Of a stretch of 64,000 nt of DNA, positions 29,671 through 38,998 are shown in pieces. The DNA comes from an uncultured bacterium (GTDB lineage Bacteria > Omnitrophota > Gorgyraeia > Zapsychrales > Aceulaceae), in contig CALGLP010000015.1 in the NCBI GenBank assembly GCA_937930175.1, positions 68,174 through 132,173 on the forward strand, written 5' to 3'. The notes beneath the pieces were generated by a model. That model was not told the DNA's origin and ran no database searches. It was given only the letters and a program-made list of their open reading frames with translations. Each line of letters starts with the position of its first letter. Positions within the stretch are counted from its first letter, which is position 1. Made by a program: the position numbers and the translations under genes.

Positions 29671-30945
29671 TTATTTTATGGTATCGCCAGCCTGAAAAGG
29701 CATCGATTGTTTCTTAATATCAGCGGCTGATATATCGGTTCGCACTTGGATAATCTCAATTTCACCCACATAGGCATCGCCACGATAAACACTTAAAAGA
29801 TCTCCAATGTTAATGCCGGATTTCTGTCCCAAGCTCACAATCACAAAATTATTTTCCTGATTAACACTGATAATTTCCCCGGATACGTTAATTCCCGGCG
29901 AATCAATCTTTGCAGCCGATGGTGAACCATTAACGATAATCGGAGGCAACATGACCTCTTGCTGGGTCTTCGATGCAGGATCGAGCCGCTCGTTAATATC
30001 CTCTTTAAGCTTTAAGACATCGTCGAGACGATTCTGGATCACAGTCTCAGACTGTGCAAGCTTTTTTTCAATTTCAGCTTTATCTTCTTGAAGCCTCGAA
30101 ATACTTTTTTCAAGAACAATCTTCATCGCGCCCAACTCTTTGACTTGGCCACGAAGAGCAAGATTTTCTTCCTTGATTTTATCAAATTGCTCATTCACAA
30201 ATTTCTTATCATTTTTCTCACGAACAAGATCAATAGAAATATTATCCGCCACATCACCTTTAAGCTTGATTTGTCGCGTGAGCTCTTCTTTTTCTTGCCT
30301 GAGATAACTAATCTCTAGCTCAAGATCTGAATTCTTTTTCTTGAGCTCCTCAATATCCATCGCACTTTGATTAAGCTCATCTTCAAGCTTTCCAATGCGT
30401 AAATTTAACTCCGCTTTCTCTTTAAGGACATCGGACCAATGACTTTCAAGTTGCTTGTTAGGATCAAGCTCAGAGCTTGGGGCAATGACCATTTGACTCG
30501 AAGCACGTTTTTGTTCTTCCGCTAATTGCTTTGCTTCCGCCAAAGCCCTCTCGACCTCCTGAAGCTTTGCCATCGCATCATCACGTTCTTTGCCAACCTT
30601 ACCATAGCGCTCTTTCCACTCGTCTCGCTCATCATTTAATTTCTCGATACGAGACTCAAAATCATTAATCTTTGATGTCAAGTCCTCAATCTCAGATTCT
30701 AACTTGTTTTTCTGACCCATCGCATCGCTGGCTTTCTTCTTAAGCTCATCGCTTTCCGTCAAAAGTTGCTTCTGTTTTTCTCCAAAAGCCGCAAGGTCTT
30801 TCTCATAGCCGGTCACCTTGCCCTGAAGTTGCGCATTATTCTGCTCAAGGCTTGTCTTCTGACTAAACGTCGACAAAGCAACTGCAATGCTCACGACTAA
30901 AAGCAAACCTAAGATCACAATAACTTGTTTCGCGCCTTTGGACAT
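29671..30945 (-). CDS. Membrane-anchored long coiled-coil protein with a C-terminal β-domain, hypothetical
   Basis: N-terminal TM (VIVILGLLLVVSIAVAL) followed by about 300 aa of heptad-rich E/K/L sequence. C-terminal GINIGDLLSVYRGDAYVGEIEIIQV β-segment. Confidence 0.5.
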   Translation of the reverse strand: MSKGAKQVIVILGLLLVVSIAVALSTFSQKTSLEQNNAQLQGKVTGYEKDLAAFGEKQKQLLTESDELKKKASDAMGQKNKLESEIEDLTSKINDFESRIEKLNDERDEWKERYGKVGKERDDAMAKLQEVERALAEAKQLAEEQKRASSQMVIAPSSELDPNKQLESHWSDVLKEKAELNLRIGKLEDELNQSAMDIEELKKKNSDLELEISYLRQEKEELTRQIKLKGDVADNISIDLVREKNDKKFVNEQFDKIKEENLALRGQVKELGAMKIVLEKSISRLQEDKAEIEKKLAQSETVIQNRLDDVLKLKEDINERLDPASKTQQEVMLPPIIVNGSPSAAKIDSPGINVSGEIISVNQENNFVIVSLGQKSGINIGDLLSVYRGDAYVGEIEIIQVRTDISAADIKKQSMPFQAGDTIK

Positions 30946-31069
30946 GTTTCCCCTCTTTGTTAAAGATACGTTAAGAAATAATTTGAAAGACGATATCTAA
31001 TTTAATGGTAATATATCAAACTATTCATGCGAACTCAAGCAAAAGAAAAGATTTTTTTAAACAATATAA

Positions 31070-31105
31070 TAGAAAAAATAGGGGGGCAGAAACTTTCTGC
31101 CCCCC
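31070..31105 (-). terminator. Rho-independent terminator downstream of the lipoprotein gene
   Basis: GGGGGGCAG-AAACTTT-CTGCCCCCC hairpin followed on the minus strand by TATTTTTTCT. Confidence 0.7.
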
Positions 31106-31134
31106 TAGAATCCATGACTAAAATAATAACGAAT

Positions 31135-31767
31135 TTATTCGTATCTTAAATCATCTAAATAAAAAATACAATTATCCGGATTCACTTCAACATTCGTTGT
31201 CCAACAAAATCCCCCGCTAATATACGTAAGATCTTTGCCACGTAAATCGATAACATATTGCTTCCATTCAGGAGTTAAAATCACAGGACCAATAAACGCC
31301 GTATCCGTATCTGGATAATCCCCCGTAATCCCACCCATTTTAAATTCTTCAATGCGCTCGCCGCCTTTTTCTCCGCGCGCCCAAAACGTAAGCTTTGTGG
31401 CTCCAGTGAGATTGAACCCACCTTTACGACTACCCCAGTTGTGCGCTGGATTGAGCCAGTACATCCCTGCCCAACGAGCTCCCTCAGTCGAACAAGCAAC
31501 ATCATAAGAGACCTTCAAGCAGGTTGACCCATCATGACAATTCTCCTGCCAACGATCATTAAGCGTCAGGCATTGTCCATCTGGCATAAATCCTGAGGGA
31601 ACATAATGATTGTCTCGTGATCCAATGTTAGTATAAATCGGAAAAGGAATGAAAGGATTTTCTTGTTTCTTGCTAATAGATGCCTTTTCTTTAGAGCTTG
31701 CATTCTGACCGCATCCTAAACAAAAAATAAGACCAAAAATAAAAAACCCTCTTATGACTTTATCCAT
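31135..31767 (-). CDS. Secreted lipoprotein, hypothetical, last gene of the glycan locus
   Basis: Lipobox LGCGQ. Trp/Gly-rich β-type sequence (WAGMYWLNPAHNWGSRKGGFNLTG) reminiscent of carbohydrate-binding β-sandwich modules. No catalytic motif. Confidence 0.45.
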   Translation of the reverse strand: MDKVIRGFFIFGLIFCLGCGQNASSKEKASISKKQENPFIPFPIYTNIGSRDNHYVPSGFMPDGQCLTLNDRWQENCHDGSTCLKVSYDVACSTEGARWAGMYWLNPAHNWGSRKGGFNLTGATKLTFWARGEKGGERIEEFKMGGITGDYPDTDTAFIGPVILTPEWKQYVIDLRGKDLTYISGGFCWTTNVEVNPDNCIFYLDDLRYE

Positions 31768-31834
31768 AAAGTCCCTTTCCTTTTTATCATTTCATCGTGG
31801 TGGAAGATTAAAAATAAGCCCAGAAAAAGCGAGC

Positions 31835-33085
31835 TTATTGCATATCTTTAATTTCTTGCAATCGTTGATCCGCGCCCTCAGATGGCTTCCAAAACCAACC
31901 TTGAGGATCCCAAGATTGAGCAAAATAATATTCTTTCACCACTTTATTAAATGCGGCCGTCGCTTCCGCAAGCTTATTTGCTTTTTTATAGGCATCACCT
32001 TGAATAAAAAGACAAGTCCCAACATCGTTAAGAGCCCAATAAGAAAAAATCTTATCATTATTTTCCCAAGGATATTCCGTTAAAGAATCTTGCATTTCTT
32101 TGGCCTTCGCACCATAAAGCGAAATACATTTATTGGTATAGGTCAAGACACCTTCCAGATCATTCTTGTTGTAAGCATCCCAGGCCTTCGTTGTAAGGGT
32201 TGATGATTTCATATCTCCAAAATCAACATCAATTCCTTTTTTAATAGCATCCAATCGTTCCGCAGCAGCTTCCGCAGGCTTCCAAAACCATCCGCCCACA
32301 TCCCAACATTGACCAAACTTATAATTATTAATGAGCTCCTGGTAGGCTATCTTCGCCTCTTCCATCATCTTGGTTTTGCGATAAATCTCACCTTGGATAA
32401 AAAGACATGTCGCAACATCATTAAGCGCCCAATTTTTAAAAACTTCTTCTTTAGCTCCTTGAGCATAATCTGTCAGGCCAGCTTGCATTTCTTTAGCCTT
32501 GGCACTATAAAGCGAAATACATTTGTTGGTATACGTCAAGACCGATTGAAGATCATTCTTTCCAAAAGCTTCCCAGGCCTTGGTCGTAATCGCTGAGGAT
32601 GACATATCACCAAAATCAATATCAATCCCTTTTTCCATCGCATCCAATTTCTCTGCAGCGGCTTCCGCAGGCTTCCAAAACCATCCACCCACATCCCAAC
32701 ATTGCGCAAATTTATAATTGGCAACAACCTCTTGATACGCGGCCTTGGCTTCATCGATCATCTTCGCTTTACGATAAGCTTCTCCTTGAATAAAAAAACA
32801 TGTCCCCACATCATTCAAAGCCCAATTCTTAAAAATCTCTTCTTTAGGTCCCTGTACATAGTCAGTCAAGGCTGCCTGCATTTTCTTAGCCTGCTCGCCA
32901 TAAAGATCTTTACATTTATTAGTATATGCAAGAACCGCTTCAATATCTCCAGCCTTAAGAGCCTCCCAAGCCTTGGATGCCAGCGTCGTTGAGCGATAAT
33001 CGCCAAAATTGTACGCCGAGGCAACCATGGGGCAAACCACGCCAACACCTAGAATCAACAAAGCTGCAATTACCATTCTTCTCAT
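31835..33085 (-). CDS. Secreted protein made of three tandem copies of an unrecognised ~135-aa module
   Basis: Signal peptide. Each copy carries KAWEA...YTNKC...NDVGTC(F/L)FIQGEAY(R/K)K...(Y/F)KF(A)Q(C/S)WD(V/P)(G/Q)GWFWKP(A/S)E(A/G)A. The repeat is also visible at the DNA level, giving mirror antisense ORFs. AGGAGG RBS. Confidence 0.7.
   Translation of the reverse strand: MRRMVIAALLILGVGVVCPMVASAYNFGDYRSTTLASKAWEALKAGDIEAVLAYTNKCKDLYGEQAKKMQAALTDYVQGPKEEIFKNWALNDVGTCFFIQGEAYRKAKMIDEAKAAYQEVVANYKFAQCWDVGGWFWKPAEAAAEKLDAMEKGIDIDFGDMSSSAITTKAWEAFGKNDLQSVLTYTNKCISLYSAKAKEMQAGLTDYAQGAKEEVFKNWALNDVATCLFIQGEIYRKTKMMEEAKIAYQELINNYKFGQCWDVGGWFWKPAEAAAERLDAIKKGIDVDFGDMKSSTLTTKAWDAYNKNDLEGVLTYTNKCISLYGAKAKEMQDSLTEYPWENNDKIFSYWALNDVGTCLFIQGDAYKKANKLAEATAAFNKVVKEYYFAQSWDPQGWFWKPSEGADQRLQEIKDMQ
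31930..33080 (-). repeat. Three tandem ~400-bp intragenic repeats, about 70-75% identical, encoding the module
   Basis: Direct sequence comparison of 31935-32330, 32340-32740 and 32740-33080. Confidence 0.7.
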
Positions 33086-33185
33086 ACCTATAACCTCCTA
33101 TGATTTTTAAAAAGATTGAAATGGACTTTTTGACTGAATTCAAAAAAAGTATAGCACATGTTTCCAGTCTTTGCCGGAAAATCTT

Positions 33186-35498
33186 TTAGTTCCAAACACC
33201 CTTATAATACTGATAACTTTTTCTAAGTTGTCGCAAAAAAGGACTGTTTTGGCCGTTTCCTTGGCCAATCAGACCAAACCATTCCTCGTACATAAAGCCA
33301 TCCGGAAAAGGCCCTTGGGCTCCCGCGGTCTTATCATGAAAAGCTGGCTCATAATTCTTCCACCATTCATCCAACCACTGAAACACCACTCCGCCCAAAG
33401 CATTACCAGTGCCTTCCGTCGTTCCCGCAGCATTAAAAACCATATCATCCCACGAACCCTTATGATAATCCGCCTGGGCCTGTTCTGCGCCTTCGCGCTC
33501 AAGATGATTGGCAAACGCCGGACATCCGTATTCGGTAATAAACGCAGGCTTGCCCGTGGCATCAAAAACCTGTTCCCAAAATGACCCAAAACCATAATCA
33601 CCGCGATAAGCGTTTGATCCAAAAATATCCACAGACGGACAATTTTCAGCAAAAAGATCTAAAAACAGCGTATCCCCGTTGCAGATCGCCACAGGATGAT
33701 TTTTATCAATGGACTTCATCATCTGCGCGACCTCTTCAACAAATTTATAATAACTTTCTGGCTTCTTGTCCGCGTTGCACCCTAGCCCATAGTTGTTCTC
33801 ATTTCCTAAGAGCCAAAACAAAATATACGGTTCATCCTTAAATTCTTCAACCATCTTGCGAACCGACTCCGTCATATTCTTTTTATGTTCAGGATTGTCA
33901 TAATCTGTCCCCTCAAACCAGCTTGCCCCGGATCCAAAAGCATACTTCCCCAAAAAATCCCCCATAATGATCATAATGCCATAATCATGGTAAAGCTTCC
34001 TCAAGATCTCTTTGTTAGGCTTATGCGGTTGCTGATACACACGTATAGAATTAACACCCATTTCTTTAAGAAGTTGAAAATCTCCAACAACTGGCTCATC
34101 CGCATCTTGCTGATCATTTAAATTCTTATCAACCCAAGAATCAAAAGGACCGTCCGGAAGCCCGTTCTTGTTCGAATCTTCCGTCTGCCAATCAGCCAAG
34201 GTACCATTGTCAGGGCTTTGCCCAACCTTGGTCGCATTATACGTCACAGCTTTGATCATCGCTGGGTTCCCATCCACCTGAAGCTGCCAATGTCCAGTCT
34301 TTTTAGACTGAACCAAACGGACATGACTTCCACCAACACTATGTTTAACATCTGTTATTTTTTTCTGAGAAGCCTTGCGAGAAAAATAGGCAACAATCTT
34401 TTCCTGAAACTTTTCCCAAGATGTTTTTTTATAAAGCTTGCCTGGCCAGGTCAACACAATATCATTGGCAACATCATTATCAAACCCATTAATGACTTGA
34501 ATTTTAGCGCCAACATATTTCAAATCAAGCTCAGGATGAAGAGCCACCAGATGCCGGATCTTGGCCACCGCCGCTTGACCAGGATACCAGGGTGTATTCC
34601 AATACGTACGTCCCACAGATTGCGGAAAGTGGATCTGAATCGCGCGATAGCATTTAATCGCCTCATACCACATCTTCGCGCGCTCAAACAAAAGCCCCAT
34701 ATAAAAAAGCTTAACTCCCCAAGCCTCAGGAGAGGAGGCCCATTTATAAATGGCTTTCTGCAGATCATCCGTATGCACAAAATCCCAATGACTACTGGTC
34801 AACTTCCCTTCCTTTAAAAGTTGCTTATAAATAGGATCCTTAAGAAGGGCGCTAGTATTGGGATAAATACCTTCTCCCACTGCCTTCATGAGCCCTTCTG
34901 GATCATCAATAACATAAGAATAATTCTTCGTGCCAACATCAATAAAGCGGCCATACTGCTCATAACGAACAATATCCTCGGTCCCAGGGAAACTTAACGT
35001 GGGAAGGGTTTGGGGCCCACGATCAACCTTGACAACCTGCTTTTCTTGATATTTGCCATCGAACTTGTCAATACTTGCCTGGGCTTTTTCTGCCGGCGTC
35101 CAATACCAACCACGAGGGTCCCACGCCTGCGCCCAATAAAATTCTGCAATGATCTTTGAAAAAAGCTCCCGAGACTTCTCTATTTCACCTTTTTTCATTA
35201 ACGCTTCCGCATGAATAAACAGTGCTGTCCCAACATCATTAAGTTCGGGATACTGCCCTTCGGTTCCTTTGCTGGGAAGACTCGTCAACGACGCTTGTTG
35301 CCTTTTTGCCTCCTCACTATATTGCGCCACGCACTCATTAGTCAAACGTTCAACTTCTTCAAAATTATTACTCGATGACGCTTCCCAGGCTTTGCGCACA
35401 TACTCCGCCGAAGAAAGTGTTTGCGCAAAAACTTGTGATGATAAAAACCCACTAGCAGCCAACAAACAAAACCCTACCAAGAAAGTATATTTTTTCAT
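33186..35498 (-). CDS. Clan GH-A glycoside hydrolase (GH5/GH2-like TIM barrel) with one N-terminal copy of the same module
   Basis: GVNSIRVY and LLGNENNYG (acid/base NE) plus AFITEYGCP (nucleophile E) indicate a retaining (β/α)8 GH-A enzyme. N-terminal AEYVRKAWEA...NDVGTALFIHAEAL...FYWAQAWDPRGWYWTPAEKA matches the repeat module. Its start overlaps the permease stop (TAATG). Confidence 0.65.
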   Translation of the reverse strand: MKKYTFLVGFCLLAASGFLSSQVFAQTLSSAEYVRKAWEASSSNNFEEVERLTNECVAQYSEEAKRQQASLTSLPSKGTEGQYPELNDVGTALFIHAEALMKKGEIEKSRELFSKIIAEFYWAQAWDPRGWYWTPAEKAQASIDKFDGKYQEKQVVKVDRGPQTLPTLSFPGTEDIVRYEQYGRFIDVGTKNYSYVIDDPEGLMKAVGEGIYPNTSALLKDPIYKQLLKEGKLTSSHWDFVHTDDLQKAIYKWASSPEAWGVKLFYMGLLFERAKMWYEAIKCYRAIQIHFPQSVGRTYWNTPWYPGQAAVAKIRHLVALHPELDLKYVGAKIQVINGFDNDVANDIVLTWPGKLYKKTSWEKFQEKIVAYFSRKASQKKITDVKHSVGGSHVRLVQSKKTGHWQLQVDGNPAMIKAVTYNATKVGQSPDNGTLADWQTEDSNKNGLPDGPFDSWVDKNLNDQQDADEPVVGDFQLLKEMGVNSIRVYQQPHKPNKEILRKLYHDYGIMIIMGDFLGKYAFGSGASWFEGTDYDNPEHKKNMTESVRKMVEEFKDEPYILFWLLGNENNYGLGCNADKKPESYYKFVEEVAQMMKSIDKNHPVAICNGDTLFLDLFAENCPSVDIFGSNAYRGDYGFGSFWEQVFDATGKPAFITEYGCPAFANHLEREGAEQAQADYHKGSWDDMVFNAAGTTEGTGNALGGVVFQWLDEWWKNYEPAFHDKTAGAQGPFPDGFMYEEWFGLIGQGNGQNSPFLRQLRKSYQYYKGVWN

Positions 35499-36343
35499 TA
35501 TCCCGCCACCGCCCCTGCGCAAAGGCCCTTAATAATATGTTTTTGCATAAAAAGATAAACCAGCACCACCGGTGCCACGGTAATCGAAAGACCTGCCATC
35601 AATAACGGATAGTCAACGCTATGCGATCCCTGAAAAACCATCAACCCACGCTGAAGGGGCATCAAAGATTGATCGTTAAGCAACAACATCGCAAGCACAT
35701 ATTCGTTCCAAACATTTAAAGTATTAAAAATAATGATCACGGCAATCGCTGGACGCGCCAAAGGCAAGGCCACGTGCAACCAAATACCAATACGTGAACA
35801 CCCATCCATACGTGCCGCATCTTCAAGCGCAGAAGGCATTTTATCAAAAAATGTTTTTAACATGTAGATGCTTAGCGAAAGCCCAACATTGATCATGCAA
35901 AGAATATAGCCGATGCGGGTGTTTGCCAAATGAAGCTTGGTCATCAAGACATACAACGGAACAAAACTCCCCGGAAGAGGGATCATCATCGCGGCCAAAA
36001 AAATATAAAAGAAAAAATTCTTCCCTGGAAACTTTAAGCGCGAAAAAGCATACGCAGCCAAAGACGCAATAAGGACAATGCCAAACACAACACACACTGT
36101 ATAAAGAACGCTATTCAAGAAATATGTCGCAAAGCCTCCGGCAGTCCAAGCCAGGTAAAAATTCTTAAAATGTAATGATTGCGGAATAAAAGACTTGTCA
36201 GTAAAAATCGTTTCATTGGTCATCAACGCTGAGCGCACCATCCACAACAAAGGAAACAAACACGTTGCCGCAACCGCCATGAGAAAAATATGCGTCAAAA
36301 TAGAGGTCAGTGTCTTTGCCGCTCGATATTTATTATGAAACAT
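35498..36343 (-). CDS. Carbohydrate ABC transporter permease (MalG-like)
   Basis: 6 TM helices. EAA-like loop (ALEDAARMDGCSRIGIWLHVALPLARPA). Confidence 0.85.
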   Translation of the reverse strand: MFHNKYRAAKTLTSILTHIFLMAVAATCLFPLLWMVRSALMTNETIFTDKSFIPQSLHFKNFYLAWTAGGFATYFLNSVLYTVCVVFGIVLIASLAAYAFSRLKFPGKNFFFYIFLAAMMIPLPGSFVPLYVLMTKLHLANTRIGYILCMINVGLSLSIYMLKTFFDKMPSALEDAARMDGCSRIGIWLHVALPLARPAIAVIIIFNTLNVWNEYVLAMLLLNDQSLMPLQRGLMVFQGSHSVDYPLLMAGLSITVAPVVLVYLFMQKHIIKGLCAGAVAG

Positions 36344-36360
36344 TATGAATTCTCAACCGC

Positions 36361-37290
36361 TTATTCTTGTTTAAACTTTCGTGAGATTTTATTAAGCGTA
36401 AATGAAAACACCATCAAAATAAGACCAAAAACAATGCCCAACGCACAGGCATAACCAAAACGGCTGGTTCCTGTCATCGAGGCCAAAATGCGCGTCACCG
36501 GGACTTCGGTATGATAAACTAGGCCTTGGCCCACCATGGACAAAACGAGAACAAAAACCTGCATCGAACCCAAAATCGTCAGGATCATGACCATGACAAA
36601 AACAGGGATCATCATGGGGATCGTCACATTCTTAAAAATACTAAAAGATCCAGCCCCATCCACACGCGCGGCTTCATAAAGTTGCCGGTCAATCGTTTGC
36701 AGCCCTGCCAATAAAATAATAAAACCCCAACCAAATCCTTTCCAGCTATGAACAATCGCAATACACGTGAGCGCGGTTTTAGGATCCGAAAGCCAGGCAT
36801 GAACAAGATGATTCATATGAATCTTCGTCAGAAAATAATTAAGAAGACCAACATGCTCACCATTTTGCATCCCCGCATACAAAATCCACTGCCAAATAAG
36901 CCCGACCACAACCTCTGACAAAACCGGAGGAAGATAAAAAACAACACGATAAAACTTACGTAAACGAATATCGCGATCACACGAAAGCGCCAGAGCGAAT
37001 GCCAAGGCATTCTGAAAGGTTAGGGCAATAAGCGTAATATACGCCGCATGCCACATGGACAGCCACCAGACGCCATCTTGCAAAATTTCCTGAAAATTAT
37101 CAAAACCAATAAACTGACTGTTAAGACTAATCCCATTCCATTCTCGAAGAGAAAGAATAAAAGTTTGAACAAAAGGATAAATATAAAAGACCGAAAAAAT
37201 AAGAACAGCAGGAAGGATAAAAAAATAGCCACCTAGAAGCTCTCTTAACCCCTCAAACGATATTTTTCTTGTGTTCGCGGTCATTTCCAT
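36361..37290 (-). CDS. Carbohydrate ABC transporter permease (MalF-like)
   Basis: 6 TM helices. EAA loop (LYEAARVDGAGSFSIFKNVTIPMMIP). Confidence 0.85.
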   Translation of the reverse strand: MEMTANTRKISFEGLRELLGGYFFILPAVLIFSVFYIYPFVQTFILSLREWNGISLNSQFIGFDNFQEILQDGVWWLSMWHAAYITLIALTFQNALAFALALSCDRDIRLRKFYRVVFYLPPVLSEVVVGLIWQWILYAGMQNGEHVGLLNYFLTKIHMNHLVHAWLSDPKTALTCIAIVHSWKGFGWGFIILLAGLQTIDRQLYEAARVDGAGSFSIFKNVTIPMMIPVFVMVMILTILGSMQVFVLVLSMVGQGLVYHTEVPVTRILASMTGTSRFGYACALGIVFGLILMVFSFTLNKISRKFKQE

Positions 37291-37299
37291 GAGCTCTTG

Positions 37300-38583
37300 C
37301 TATCGCTTCTTCTGCCTTTCCATTTCCTGTTGCTTAACTTTTTGGACCTCCGCAGCGATTTTCGCAGGCTCTGCCTCACCGATGAGGATTGCCTGAATAC
37401 CCTTATCAAAGGCCTCGACGACCAGGGGATCTTCATTATACTTCCAAATCGAAGGATGCGTTGTCAAATCCATCGCGCTTGCAAAATCCGCTAAGACTTT
37501 AGGAATAAGCGGCAAAGCCTCCTTATTTGCAGGCAGATTCTTGGTTTCCTGAGCAAGAAAAACTTGTTGCTCTTTAGCCGTTAACCACTTTAAGAAATCA
37601 ACAGCCAACTTTTTATTTCTTGAAATATCATTCACAACAAAGGACGATCCTGCCCCACCCCATATCAGCATAGGCCTTTCAGGATTAATCCGAGGCGGTA
37701 ACATCACGCCATAACGCAGAGCAGAGTTCATCTTATCGTAAACGTTAACACACCAAGAACCATTAAAAGCAAAGGCTGCACGCTCAAGAGCAAAATCCTG
37801 CTCAGCATATTTATTACCCTTAGTCACAATACCTTCGATCAAAACTTTTTTGTCCCGCAATGTTTTAAAAACATTAAAAACCTTAATCCAATCTTCATCT
37901 GTATAAGGAACTTCTCCCCGATAAGTAGCCATCACCTTGTCTTCGCCCATCACATTAAACGCATAATTTGAGGCAAAGCAATCAATCATCCAAATCTCTC
38001 CCCACCCAGAAACAAAACCGCTGATACCAACACGATTTAAGGCTGCAATGGCATTTAAAAATTCGTCGAAAGTCGTTGGAAAAACTTTGATCCCGGCTTT
38101 GGCCAAGAGATCCTGATTATAAAGCATCTGGATGTTCGTCACATCAATGGGAACGCCATAAAGACCAGGTTTAATTTTATAGATATTATCAACTTCAAAA
38201 CGATTCACATCCAAGGCCTTCTCAAATAAACTCTTTTCCCAGGCTGCGTCGTCTTTCTGGAATTCCTGCGTTAAATCAGCAATAAAACCGCTCTCGATAA
38301 AAGAAACGAGCTTCTTTTTTTCACCTAAAACTCCAAAAATCTCTGGGAGGACTCTCGCCTGAGCTGCGGCAATAATTTTTCGAGAATAAATGTCTGAAGG
38401 CGCATACAATTCAAAGACAACATCAATCCCTGTTTGTTTTTTGTATTGTTGGGCAAGCTTAACAAAGGCATCTTGTCGATCAGTCATCCAGTGCCAGACA
38501 GTAACTGTGTTAGATTGTTTTGCGGAAGAGCATCCTAAGGCAAAAAAAAGGAAGGAAAGGACAACAAAAAACATTTTTTTCAT
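37300..38583 (-). CDS. ABC transporter extracellular solute-binding protein (family 1, sugar), lipoprotein
   Basis: Lipobox (LGCSSA). About 427 aa with periplasmic-binding-protein composition. GGAGG RBS. First gene of the importer operon. Confidence 0.8.
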   Translation of the reverse strand: MKKMFFVVLSFLFFALGCSSAKQSNTVTVWHWMTDRQDAFVKLAQQYKKQTGIDVVFELYAPSDIYSRKIIAAAQARVLPEIFGVLGEKKKLVSFIESGFIADLTQEFQKDDAAWEKSLFEKALDVNRFEVDNIYKIKPGLYGVPIDVTNIQMLYNQDLLAKAGIKVFPTTFDEFLNAIAALNRVGISGFVSGWGEIWMIDCFASNYAFNVMGEDKVMATYRGEVPYTDEDWIKVFNVFKTLRDKKVLIEGIVTKGNKYAEQDFALERAAFAFNGSWCVNVYDKMNSALRYGVMLPPRINPERPMLIWGGAGSSFVVNDISRNKKLAVDFLKWLTAKEQQVFLAQETKNLPANKEALPLIPKVLADFASAMDLTTHPSIWKYNEDPLVVEAFDKGIQAILIGEAEPAKIAAEVQKVKQQEMERQKKR

Positions 38584-38684
38584 TAAGCATAGCCTCCGGA
38601 GTAATCACCAAGATTCAAAGAAATGATAAAAAATGGAGCCGCACGACTAAACTCATCCGCCTTGCTAAGAAAAGGGGGAACATC

Positions 38685-38716
38685 CCTGCCTGCCGGCAGG
38701 CAGGCGCCGAAGCGCC
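38685..38716. promoter_or_regulatory. Twin GC-rich palindromes in the divergent promoter region
   Basis: CCTGCCTGCCGGCAGGCAGG is a perfect 20-nt palindrome. It overlaps GGCGC-CGAA-GCGCC. The pair sits 100-130 nt upstream of the SBP gene in an otherwise AT-rich 415-bp spacer. Confidence 0.4.
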
Positions 38717-38998
38717 GGTAACCCCATTTTGACATCCATCAACCCCGCCCAAAGCCAGGTTGATATTCTGCGTAGGCAGATGATTTTGAAAACGCAGTAT
38801 AGCATAAAGGCTTTTCCTTGTCAAAATTCTAAAAAACGATTCAAAAACCCTTATTTTTACTTTTTTCTCTTTGTCTTTGTCTTTTTTAAGAAATAAATAC
38901 TGCGGGTTGCCTTGCTTTTTGGCGCTTGAGCATGCTATACTTAATTTAATTCTCATATATAATAAAATATTACCATAATATATCCGCGTAAAAAATTT

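Noticed and set aside
38615-38956. 113-aa minus-strand ORF filling the divergent spacer between the SBP gene and the outer-membrane-protein gene
   Set aside because: No RBS. The sequence is low-complexity (KKDKDKEKK). It reads through the GC palindromes and the AT-rich promoter region. It is more likely a regulatory spacer than a gene.
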